This document shows positions 8,726-17,964 of a DNA stretch of 20,037 bases, piece by piece. Within the stretch, counting starts at the first letter, position 1; each line of letters begins with the position of its first letter. The notes beneath the pieces are model-generated. The model was not told where the DNA came from. It worked only from the letters and a program-made list of their open reading frames with translations, and ran no database searches. Both the position numbers and the translations under genes were made by a program. The DNA comes from Octopus sinensis (taxonomy: Eukaryota), in NCBI RefSeq assembly GCF_006345805.1, contig NW_021824017.1, positions 1 to 20,037 of the forward strand. Reading direction: 5' to 3'.

Positions 8726-10037
8726 TTAAACGATAAACTGGAAAGTTATACAGATTTTTACAGTTCCAGTGATGGATTGGATCTGTAGTCTTCGAATTAG
8801 CTTTCTCCTTTCTGGATTTGAGAAACTTCATTTCTCAGGATTGGTATTTAGACAGTGTGTTACATATCTCAGTGCCCCAATAATTACAAGTATAAGCCTG
8901 GATAGTGCAACTATAGATTTCTCAATAGTTCAGCATAGATGTTCTCTTTTTCACTGATCTTCAGTTTTATGTTAACATCCGCTGGGCGGCTAATTTCTAC
9001 AACTCTGCACGGTTTCTCTTCTCTATCCCAAATCATTATATTAGGTCTGTTGTGCTTACATTTTATTGAGGTCTTCACTGGTACATTCCACCAGTATTCC
9101 TTTTAATTTTGAATGGCTATGACTTCTACCATATTGTGGGTTCTTATTTCTTTGTCCTCGGGATTATCCTTCCGACGGATTTCATTATAGAGTGTCCTAG
9201 CTACAACGTCATGTCTCATCGGTTGATAGTACCATGATGGTATTCTCAGACAACTGCTTATGATGTGAGTGATATCTTCAGAGTGAACTCCACAGAGTCT
9301 GCATCGGTTGTCACACTTTACGGCTTTACCTGCATCTCTATCCCTTTTGTGCATCAGGTGGTGGTGGTGACCCCCTTCGGTCAGACACTGACCATGGGTT
9401 TGCACCTAGAGAGTTACCCTCTGAGGCACAAGTCTGGGCAAGGTTGTTTTTTTTTTAATGAAAGACCAGCAGTCGCCCATGCATACCGGCCTCCTCTCTC
9501 CACGTCACCGATGTTGTCCAAAGGAAAGGCAAAGGGGCCGATACAGCTTGGCACCTGTGACGTCGCAACTCATTTCTACAGCTGAGTAAACTGGAGCAAC
9601 TTGAAATAAAGTGTCTTGCTCAAGAACACAACACGCAGCCCGGTCCGGGATTCGAGCTCACAACCTCACGATCGTAAGCTCGACGCTCTAATCACTGAGC
9701 CACGCGCCTTCACAAGTACTTGTGCATCAGGTACTTGGTTGATATTTCCTGTTTCTGGATTGCAAACGCATAACCTTCAAAGTGGAAGGTAGTAATCCGG
9801 CTGCTTTGATGATCGATGTTACTATCAGCTTTCTACTAAGATATCCATGCATAGTCTTCTGCTCATAGAGGCTCATCCTTTCATCTGATGATACATTGCG
9901 GTAGAGTCGTGCGACTTCTTTGGGCATGATATTCTAGGTTATCAGACAAAGAGTGTTGCTCAAGGAGCTGCCTTCCAAGTTTTATGATGTTATCAGCCTC
10001 ATGTAGGTAAACTTAGTCAAGGGATGCACTTCGACAC
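8726..10037 (-). pseudogene. 5'-truncated R4/Dong-clade non-LTR retrotransposon, C-terminal zinc knuckle and restriction-like endonuclease; frameshifts, stops and a SINE insertion
   Basis: After removing the SINE: KTMHGYLSRK...FEGYAFAIQKQEISTKYLMHKRD...CRLCGVHSEDITHIISSC...RHDVVARTLYNEI...WWNVPVKTSIKCKHNRPNIMIWDREEKPCRVVEISRPADVNIKLKISEKENIYAELLRNL...GALRYV...LIRRLQIQSITGTVKICITFQFIV*. The CCHC, RHD, (P)D..E/K and GALG motifs are typical of R4-clade elements. Confidence 0.88.
9360..9719 (-). mobile_element. Full-length tRNA-derived SINE family D (CORE-like central region) nested in the R4 LINE
   Basis: Head gtgaaggcgcgtggctcagtgattagagcg...agctcgaatccc; (CAC)n tail; 13-bp TSD ttgtgcatcaggt at 9347-9359 and 9720-9732. 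Removing it restores the LINE frame TKYLMHKRD. Confidence 0.92.
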
Positions 10038-10193
10038 TTGGTGGTTAAAAGATGTTTCCGAAGGGATATGATATGGCATTCAGAGTTTATCCATACACAT
10101 TCAAAGGGATATGATGCGGCATTTGGATCGATGTTAAGCCTCTTTCGCCTTGTTTTCGTTTTCGGTACAGGTGGTCTACATCACTGTTTATGT

Positions 10194-10297
10194 GAGGCTA
10201 TAGCAGAAGATACTTGCCTAAAGTGCCACGCAGTGGGACTGAACCCGGAACTATGTGGTTGGAAAGCAAGCTACTTACTTCACAGCCACGCGCAAGC
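10194..10297 (-). mobile_element. SINE family A head fragment
   Basis: gtgccacgcagtgggactgaacccggaactatgtggttgg matches the other A copies. Confidence 0.85.
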
Positions 10298-10429
10298 ATG
10301 GCGGTGTCGTAAGACATTTCTTATGTTGCAGAATCGAAAAGATGCCTATGGTGGATTTCCGTCGTTCAACGACGAAGATTCAGTTGTCCACCAGAATGCA
10401 CCTTTTGATTTACGGATGCAATCCACCCG

Positions 10430-10593
10430 GCAAGCTTCTACGAAGTTTCCGTCTTACCAATATCCTTCACAAGCGGTGGGTCGAGACAAAGCTAAAAGAA
10501 AACGAGATCTGTCCAAGAATTTACGCATCGGGGTCGAACCCAGGATCTCGTGGATGCAAAACCAACTGCCTAACCATTTGGCCATGCTGCACT
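10430..10593 (-). mobile_element. Highly decayed tRNA-derived SINE, A-like
   Basis: agtttccgtcttaccaa...ggggtcgaacccagg...cctaaccatttggccatgc: reverse B-box, A-box and the A-family core motif. Confidence 0.55.
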
Positions 10594-10792
10594 TAAGCTT
10601 GTGATATTTATTCATCTAAAACTATTTGTGAAAGCATCTGTCAGGCTGATACAAAGTCAATCTCAGTAGCACAGGTAGCAGCAGTAGTCTCTTCAAATGT
10701 ATTTGTCTGTCTGTTGATATGTGTGTGTGTGTAGGAATGTGTGTATGTGTGCACGCACACTCACAGGCAAACATACATCTCTCTCTGTTCCC

Positions 10793-10892
<100 letters not shown>

Positions 10893-11140
10893 GTCTCTCT
10901 GTCTGTCTGTCGGTCTGTCTGTCTATCTATCTATCTATTCACTCACACACACACACACACATATTTATTTACACTTACACACATATGCACACACACATAA
11001 AAACACACACTCGTATATATATATATATATATACGTGTATATGTTTATATGTGTGCAGGCATCTGTGATGAGGCGCTCTCTCGCGTGAATACGTGCGTAC
11101 GCGTTTGTGTGCGCGTGTGTGCGTGCATATGCATGTGTGT

Positions 11141-11650
11141 GCATGCATGTGTATGTATGTATGTATGTATGTATGTATGTATGTATGTATGAATGTATCA
11201 TGTATGTATATATGTATGCATGTATGTATGTATGTATGTATGTATGTATGTATGTATGTATGTATGTATGTATGTATGCATGTATGTATGTATATATGTA
11301 TGTATGCATGTATGTATGTATGTATGTATGTATGTATGTATGTATGTATGCATGTATGTATGTATGTATGTATGCATGTATGTATGTATGTATGTATATA
11401 TGTATGTATGCATGTATGTATGTATGTATGCATGTATGTATGTTTGTATGTATGTATGTATGTATGCATGTATGTATGTATGTATGCATGTATGTAAGTA
11501 TGCATGTATGTATGCATGCATGTATGCATGTATGCATGTATGTATGCATGTATGTATGTTTGTATGTATGTATGTATGTATGTATGTATGTATGTATGTA
11601 TGTATGCATGTATGTATGCATGTATGTATGTATGTATGCAGGTATGTATG

Positions 11651-11684
<34 letters not shown>

Positions 11685-12426
11685 TGTATGTATGCATGTA
11701 TGTATGTATGTATGCATGTATGTATGCATGTATGTATGTATGTATGCATGTATGTATGTATGTATGCATGTATGTATGTATGTATGTATGTATGTATGTA
11801 TGTATGCATGTATGTATGTATGTATGTATGTATGTATGTATGCATGTATGTATGTATGTATGTATGTATGTATGTATGTATGTATGTATGTATGTATGCA
11901 TGTATGTATGTATGTATGCATGTATGTATGCATGTATGTATGTATGTATGTATGTATGTATGTGTGTATGCATGTATGTATGTATGTATGCATGGATGTA
12001 TGCATGTATGTATGTATGTATGTATGCATGTATGCATGTATGTATGTATGTATGTATGTATGTATGTATGTATATATGTATGTATGCATGTATGTATGTA
12101 TGTATGTATGTATGTATGCATGTATGTATGTATGTATGTATGTATGTATGTATGTATGCATGTATGTATGTATGTATGCATGTATGTATGCATGTATGTA
12201 TGTATGTATGTATGTATGTATGCATGTATGTATGTATGTATGCATGTATGTATGTATGTATGCATGTATGTATGTATGCATGTATGTATGTATGTATGTA
12301 TGTATGTATGCATGTATGCATGTATGTATGCATGTATGTATGCATGTATGTATGTATGGTATGTGTTGTATGTATGTATGGTATGTATGTATGTATGTAT
12401 GTATGTATGTATGTTATGTATGTATG

Positions 12427-12457
<31 letters not shown>

Positions 12458-12459
12458 TG

Positions 12460-12490
<31 letters not shown>

Positions 12491-12689
12491 TGTATGTATG
12501 CATGCATGTATGTATGTATGTATGTATGTATGTATGTATGTATGTATGCATGCATGTATGTATGGTATGTATGTATGTATTATGTATGTATGTATGTATG
12601 CATGCATGTATGTATGCATGTATGTATGTATGTATTGTATGTATGTATGTATGTATGTATGCATGTATGTATGTATGTATGTATGTATG

Positions 12690-12721
<32 letters not shown>

Positions 12722-12737
12722 TGTATGTATGTATGTG

Positions 12738-12769
<32 letters not shown>

Positions 12770-12780
12770 TGTATGCATGT
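11141..12780. repeat. 1.64-kb (ATGT)n array with frequent ATGC variant units
   Basis: Visible; explains all 300-600 aa YVCM/HTYI ORFs. Confidence 0.98.
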
Positions 12781-13169
12781 GTGTGTGTGTATATGTATGC
12801 TCACATCGGTGTGTATGTTGTGTGTGTGTCTAGCTTCTGTATACATTCTAATGGAAAGCCAGTCTGCACCGCTTCACAGCTTCATGTTGTGTCATAAGAG
12901 ATATTACCGAATCTTGGTACGGCAACCGTTACTTGTTGCATACGTAGTAGTAGAGGGGGTGGTGGTGGCAGTCGGTTGTAGTAGTAGTGGTGGTGGTGGT
13001 GGTGGTGGTGGGGGCTGGCTGTGGGGGGGGTGTGTTGATGATGACAATAATAATGATAATAATGATAGTAATAGTTACTTTCGTTTTTTTTTTATTTTTT
13101 GTTATTGCGATTTATTTGGAAGAATGATATTGATTTCTCTATTAACTGTTACACCAAGTGCTTTGATGT

Positions 13170-13192
13170 GTATACATACATACACACACACG

Positions 13193-13256
<64 letters not shown>

Positions 13257-13393
13257 AAGTGTGCACGCGCTCGAATGTATGCGCGCGCGCGTGTTTATAT
13301 TTATCTGTATAGAAAGGTATGTATGTGTTAATATATATTTGTCTGTATTGCATATATGTTCGTATCATGTATGTGTGTGTGTACATATACTTG

Positions 13394-13424
<31 letters not shown>

Positions 13425-13443
13425 ATGTGTGTGTGTATATATG

Positions 13444-13522
<79 letters not shown>

Positions 13523-13770
13523 CACGCCACGCATATACACATCGATGCACCAAGACCCCCAAAAAGCATCGAATATTGTTTGGTTGTGTATAAGTGTGTG
13601 TGTATACATATGCTGGTCTATATATTTGTGCACGCACGCACGCATGCACGCATGCACGCACATACATACATAAACACAAACACACACTCATACACACACA
13701 CACACACACACACACACCACACACACACACACTCTCGCATAAACACGCACGCACACAGACATATGCACGC
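13170..13770. repeat. Cluster of (CA)n, (TA)n, (GT)n, (CG)n and (GCAY)n microsatellites
   Basis: Visible. Confidence 0.9.
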
Positions 13771-14045
13771 TTAAAAATTTTGGTGCAATTTTTGCCGTGC
13801 GGTTGTTACTAAATATAACCATCCAATCGGAAGGCAGTGGTACACATCTAAATATAATCGACCAATGAGAATGCTTAAATGAAATCGGTGTCAGCAACAT
13901 GTACAGACGAAATGTGCACAGAATGCATATGCACAGAACGGCATGCATTGTAGGATGAAGAAACATGCACGCTAGATAGAGATGAAGAGGGAGAGCAAGG
14001 CTTCGAAGAAGGACGACGGGGAGAGAACGGATTAGGTATATCTAC

Positions 14046-14875
14046 GTAAGTAGTAGTACAAGCAGTAGCAGAAGCAGCGGCAGCCACAGTAGCATTAGTA
14101 TTAGTATTAGTAGTAGTAGTAGTAGTAGTATTAGTATTTGCAATAGTAGTAGTAGTACCAGTAGTAGCAGCAATAGTAATAGTCGTTGTAGTATTAGTAG
14201 TAGTGGTTGCGGTACTGATACGCTGGTGAGGCGGCGAGCTGGCAGAGTCGTTAGCACGCCAGTCGAAATGCTTAGCGGTATTTCGTCTGCCGCTACGTTC
14301 AGAGTTCAAATTCCGCCGAGGTCGACTTTGCCTTTCATCCTTTCGGGGTCGATGAATTAGGTACCAGTTACGCACTGGCGTCGATATAATCGACTTAATC
14401 CGTTTGTCTGTTCTTGTTTGTCCTCTCTGTGTTTAGCCCCTTATGGGTAGTAAAGAAATAGGTATTTCGTCTGCCGCTACGTTCTGAGTTCAAATTCCGC
14501 CGAGGTCGACTTTGCCTTTCATCCTTTCGGGGTCGATAAATTAAGTACCAGTTACGCACTAGTCGATGCAATCGACTTAATCGGTTTGTCTGTCCTTGTT
14601 TTTCCTCTCTGTGTTTAGCCCCTTGTGGGTAGTAAAGAAATAGGTACTGATACGCTGGTGTTGATGGCTGTGGTGGCGGTGGTGTAAGCGTTGTTTGTGT
14701 TAGTATTTGTAGTTGTGGTGGTGGTGCTAGTGGTGGTGATGGTGGTGGTGCTAGTGGTGGTGATGGTGGTGGTGGCATCAGTGGTTGTGGTGGGGTTACT
14801 TTTTGTGATAGTGGTGGCGCTGGTTGTGGCGGTTGTGTTTAAGGTTGTTGTTGTGATGATGGTGGCTGTGTTTCT
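14046..14875. repeat. Degenerate (TAG)/(GTG) triplet low-complexity tract, split by a SINE B dimer
   Basis: Triplet tracts at 14046-14210 and 14661-14875. Confidence 0.8.
14229..14642 (+). mobile_element. SINE family B long-tail dimer with 18-bp TSD
   Basis: TSD ggtactgatacgctggtg at 14211-14228 and 14643-14660; second unit restarts at ggtatttcg (14461); both units end taaagaaata. Confidence 0.95.
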
Positions 14876-14939
14876 GTATGTAAATATGTGTGTGTGTACA
14901 CACACGCGTACACACACACACACACGTGTTGATTTCAAA

Positions 14940-15124
14940 TTTTGGTAAAAGGCCAGCAATTTCTGTGGAAGGGTAAGTCGATTACATCGACCCCAGTACT
15001 CAACTGGTACTTATTTTATCGAACCGCGAAATGATGGAAGGTAAAGTCAATCTCGGTGGAATTTGAACTCAGAAAGTGCAGACGGACGAAATGCGGCAAA
15101 ACATTTTGACCGGCGAGCTAACTA
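14940..15124 (-). mobile_element. SINE family B, diverged short-tail copy
   Basis: Reverse match to the family B head and core. Confidence 0.85.
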
Positions 15125-15126
15125 TT

Positions 15127-15530
15127 TAATCGACTAGCCCCTTACCCCAAAATTTTGGGGTCGATAGAATAAAGTACCTGTTGAGCATTTGGACAGATGT
15201 AATCGACTCGTCTCCCTCCTCCAAAATTTTGGGTCAATAAAATTGGGGTCGATGTAATCGACTGACCCCCTACTCCAAAATTTTGGGGTCGATAGAATAA
15301 AGTACCTGTTGAGCATTAGGACCGATGTAATCGTTCGTCTCCCTCCTCCAAAAGTTTGGGTCAATAAAATAAAGTATCTGTTGAGCACTGGGGTCGATGT
15401 AATCGACTGACCCCCTACCCCAAAATTTTGGGGTCGATGAAATAAAGTATCAGTTAAACACAGAGGTCAATGTAATCGATTTACACTTTCCCCGAAAATG
15501 CTGGCCTTGTGCCAACGTTTGAAATCAATA
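15127..15530 (+). repeat. ~73-bp minisatellite built from the SINE B 3' module, with A/B higher-order alternation
   Basis: Units start at 15157, 15231, 15285, 15358 and 15430; junctions are CCCCAAAATTTTGGGG-type palindromes. Confidence 0.88.
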
Positions 15531-15533
15531 TTG

Positions 15534-15747
15534 CTTTCTACTCTAGGCACAAGGCCCGAAATTTTTGGGGAGGGGGGTCAGTCGATTAGATCGACCCCAG
15601 TACGCAACTGGTACTTAATTTATCAACCCCGAAAGGATGAAAGGCAAAGTCGACCTCGGCGGAATTTGAACTCAGAACGTAAAGACAGACGAAATACCGC
15701 TAAGCATATCGCCCGGCGTGCTAACGTTTCTGCCAGCCCACCGCCTT
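15534..15747 (-). mobile_element. SINE family B, full-length short-tail copy
   Basis: Reverse complement of head, core and the cttcgggccttgtgcctagagtagaaag tail also seen at 5030-5060. Confidence 0.92.
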
Positions 15748-15778
15748 GTTTGAAATTAATATTTAAGGGCTACTTAAA

Positions 15779-15924
15779 GGCAGATAGCTGGCAGAAACGT
15801 TAGCACGCCGGGCGAAATGCTTAGTGGTATTTGGTCTGTCGCTACGCTCTGAGTTCAAATTCCGCCGAGGTCGACTTTGCCTTTCATCCTTTCGGGGTCG
15901 ATTAAATAAGTACCAGTTACGCAC
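15779..15924 (+). mobile_element. SINE family B, 3'-truncated, head-to-head with 15534-15747
   Basis: ggcagatagctggcagaaacgttagcacg...gagttcaaattccgccgaggtcgac; ends in a fold-back at 15910-15941. Confidence 0.9.
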
Positions 15925-15940
15925 CAGTGCGTAACTGGTA

Positions 15941-16076
15941 CGCGCCTTCACTCTAAAACCCACGCCTAACCACTAAGCCACGCACCTTCACTCTAAAACC
16001 CACGTCTAACCGCTAAGCCACGCGCCTTTACTCTAAAACCCACGCCTAGCCATTAAGCCACGTGCCTTCACTCTAA
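15941..16076 (-). repeat. 40-bp minisatellite (3.4 copies) derived from the SINE D head and A-box
   Basis: Unit cgcgccttcactctaaaacccacgcctaaccactaagcca; its ctaaccactaagccacgcgccttcac matches ctaatcactgagccacgcgccttcac at 9688-9713. Confidence 0.88.
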
Positions 16077-16086
16077 CATCCATAAA

Positions 16087-17539
16087 GCAGATATTGATGA
16101 AGTAGATTCTAAGGAAATTACATTTAGTGATGAAGCTTCTGGACTTGCGTTAGATTCCAAATATAAATTAGAAGAGAGTATCAATCCAATATTTTTCCCA
16201 CAAGAAATAATAAGTGATCACGTGAGAAATTTCGAACTGTTAAAAGCTAAGGCGAAGCTTTTCGCCTCTCGTTTGATAGAAATACGCTTGGAGACAATAC
16301 AGCAGTGAGTTGCTATAGAAAATGAAATTCTGATTCAAGATGATTACTTCAAAGTAGGTGGTCCTCTCTGTTACTGTCATGGTATTAATGGACATTTGGT
16401 AAGTTTATCTGAAAGGCATATTGTAAAGGAATCGCAACGTTTTATAAATTTATCACTACTAAGTTTAAAAGCTATTTTATTGCATAATGGAAATTTAAAG
16501 CCATCTATCTTCATCGCTTATTCAGTGCATTTAAAAGAAATTTATGCTAACATGGGATCCTTTTTAATGAAATTCAATACAAGCTCCCTCTTCCCAATGG
16601 AATCTTTGTGGAGATATTGAAGTAATTGCTTTGTTAATAGGGGATTAACAAAATACTACTGCTTTCTATGTCTGTGAAACAGTGATTCTATTACAGAGTA
16701 TTATAAAAGAAGAAACAAGTTAACTAGGTCTCTTTTTGACTAGAAGTTCCTTTAATTGATAAAGAAAATTATAATTGGCTGATGAAGATCGTTGGGACAA
16801 TTGATATGAAAATTCTAGAGATTTAATTAAATGCTTCTCAGAACTATTTCCGAAAGTAAGGGCTGCTAAAAATTGAGGTAATTTTTAAAGGTTTAAAATC
16901 CGAGAAGTATTACAAGGTATAACTTTTAGCACGCCGGGCGAAATGCTTAGCGGTATTTCGGCTGCCGTAACGTTGTGAGTTCAAATTCCGCCGAGGTCGA
17001 CTTTGCCTTTCATCCTTTCGGGGTAGATAAATTAAGTACCAGTTACGCACTGGGGTCGATGTAATCGACTTAATACCTATGTTTGTCCCTTGTTTGTCCC
17101 CTCTGTGTTTAGCCCCTTGTGGGTAATAAAGAAATAGAAATAGGTATTTCGTTTGCGTTACGTTCTGAGTTCGAATTCCGCCGAGGTCGACTTTGCCTTT
17201 CATCCTTTCGGGGTCGATAAATTAAGTACCAGTTACGCACTGGGGTCGATGTAATCGACTTAATACCTATGTTTGTCCCTTGTTTGTCCCCTCTGTGTTT
17301 AGCCCCTTGTGGGTAATAAAGAAATAGGTGTAACTTTTTATGATGCAGTAAAAATATTTGAGGTAAAAGCTCTGCCTGTATTCAAAAGGGACTGTATTTA
17401 CTTCTTAGGAAAATACGTCACCTAAAGTGGAGTTGAGAAACTTACAGAAGCATTCAAGGTATGAGCTGTCTCATACTTACTAAATTATATTTCTTACACC
17501 GACACCTAGATCTTTTACCCTGAAAATCTTGGTGCAGTC
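16087..17539 (+). pseudogene. Decayed DNA transposase, Chapaev3-like (CMC superfamily), interrupted by a SINE B dimer
   Basis: Colinear motifs across frameshifts: PIFFPQEIISDHVRNFELLKAKAKLFASRL; RFINLSLLSLKAILLHNGNLKPSIFIAYSVHLKEIYANM; WNLCGDIEVIALLIG; TKYYCFLCL; LFPKVRAAK; IREVLQ; FLGK; PENLGAV. The family name is from recall of this motif series and needs HMM confirmation. Confidence 0.78.
16928..17326 (+). mobile_element. SINE family B long-tail dimer, 5'-truncated, nested in the transposase
   Basis: 12-bp TSD ggtataactttt (16916-16927) / ggtgtaactttt (17327-17338); internal junction gaaatagaaata|ggtatttcg at ~17143. Confidence 0.92.
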
Positions 17540-17543
17540 GATT

Positions 17544-17856
17544 GTGTGGCGGCACACGGTTTCGTGTTTAGTGTAGCGGACTTACGGTCGAGGTGTCGCG
17601 GGTTCGAATCTCAGACCGGGCGGTGTGTGTGTTTATGAGCGAAACACCTAAGCTCCACGCGGCTTCGGCAGAAGGCAATGGCGAACTTCTGCTGACTCTT
17701 TCGCCACAAACTTTCTCTCACTCTTTCCTCCTGCATCTCGCAGCTCACCTTGGGCAGACCGACGTCCCGTCCAGGTGGGGAACCTAAACGCCAATGAAAC
17801 CGGAAAACCGGCCCTTATGAACCAGGGCATGGCCAGAAAAGGAATAAACAACAACA
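17544..17856 (+). mobile_element. tRNA-derived SINE with a family C head and a different 3' half, (AAC)n tail
   Basis: gggttcgaatctcagaccgggcggtgtgtgtgtttatgagcgaaacacctaagctccac matches the reverse of 7950-8010; the 3' part gacgtcccgtccaggtgggg...gaaaccggaaaaccggccc differs from the 7710 copy. Confidence 0.8.
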
Positions 17857-17964
17857 CACGTGAATCAATTAAATTACCCCTTAATTTCTAGGCTTACGTT
17901 TAACATAGAAATGAATATTGATTGACCAAAAATATTAATTGACTGATCAAAAATATTGATTCTC

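Noticed and set aside
9620-9715. tRNA genes at SINE heads (also 3565, 8000-8067, 14230, 17544)
   Set aside because: A- and B-boxes are present, but I cannot fold a full cloverleaf, and each continues into a SINE body with a tail or TSD.
10038-10604. 188-aa + strand ORF
   Set aside because: It runs antisense through two SINE fragments, has no recognisable domain and starts at a non-ATG codon.
10965-12897. Long ORFs of 317-596 aa (YVCM/HTYI repeats)
   Set aside because: The (ATGT)n repeat has no stop codon in any frame, so these are open by construction; they occur in all frames and on both strands.
12955-13030. G-quadruplex-prone tract
   Set aside because: It is part of a (GGT)n microsatellite with no evidence of function.
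13875-14959. Thr-rich minus-strand ORFs suggesting a mucin exon split by a SINE
   Set aside because: Removing the SINE and one TSD switches the frame from Thr-rich (…AINTSVSVP) to Leu-rich (QPLLLLILQ), so there is no continuous mucin frame. This is triplet low-complexity DNA.
15127-16076. CRISPR-like arrays
   Set aside because: Units are contiguous with no unique spacers, derive from SINE sequence, and the context is eukaryotic.
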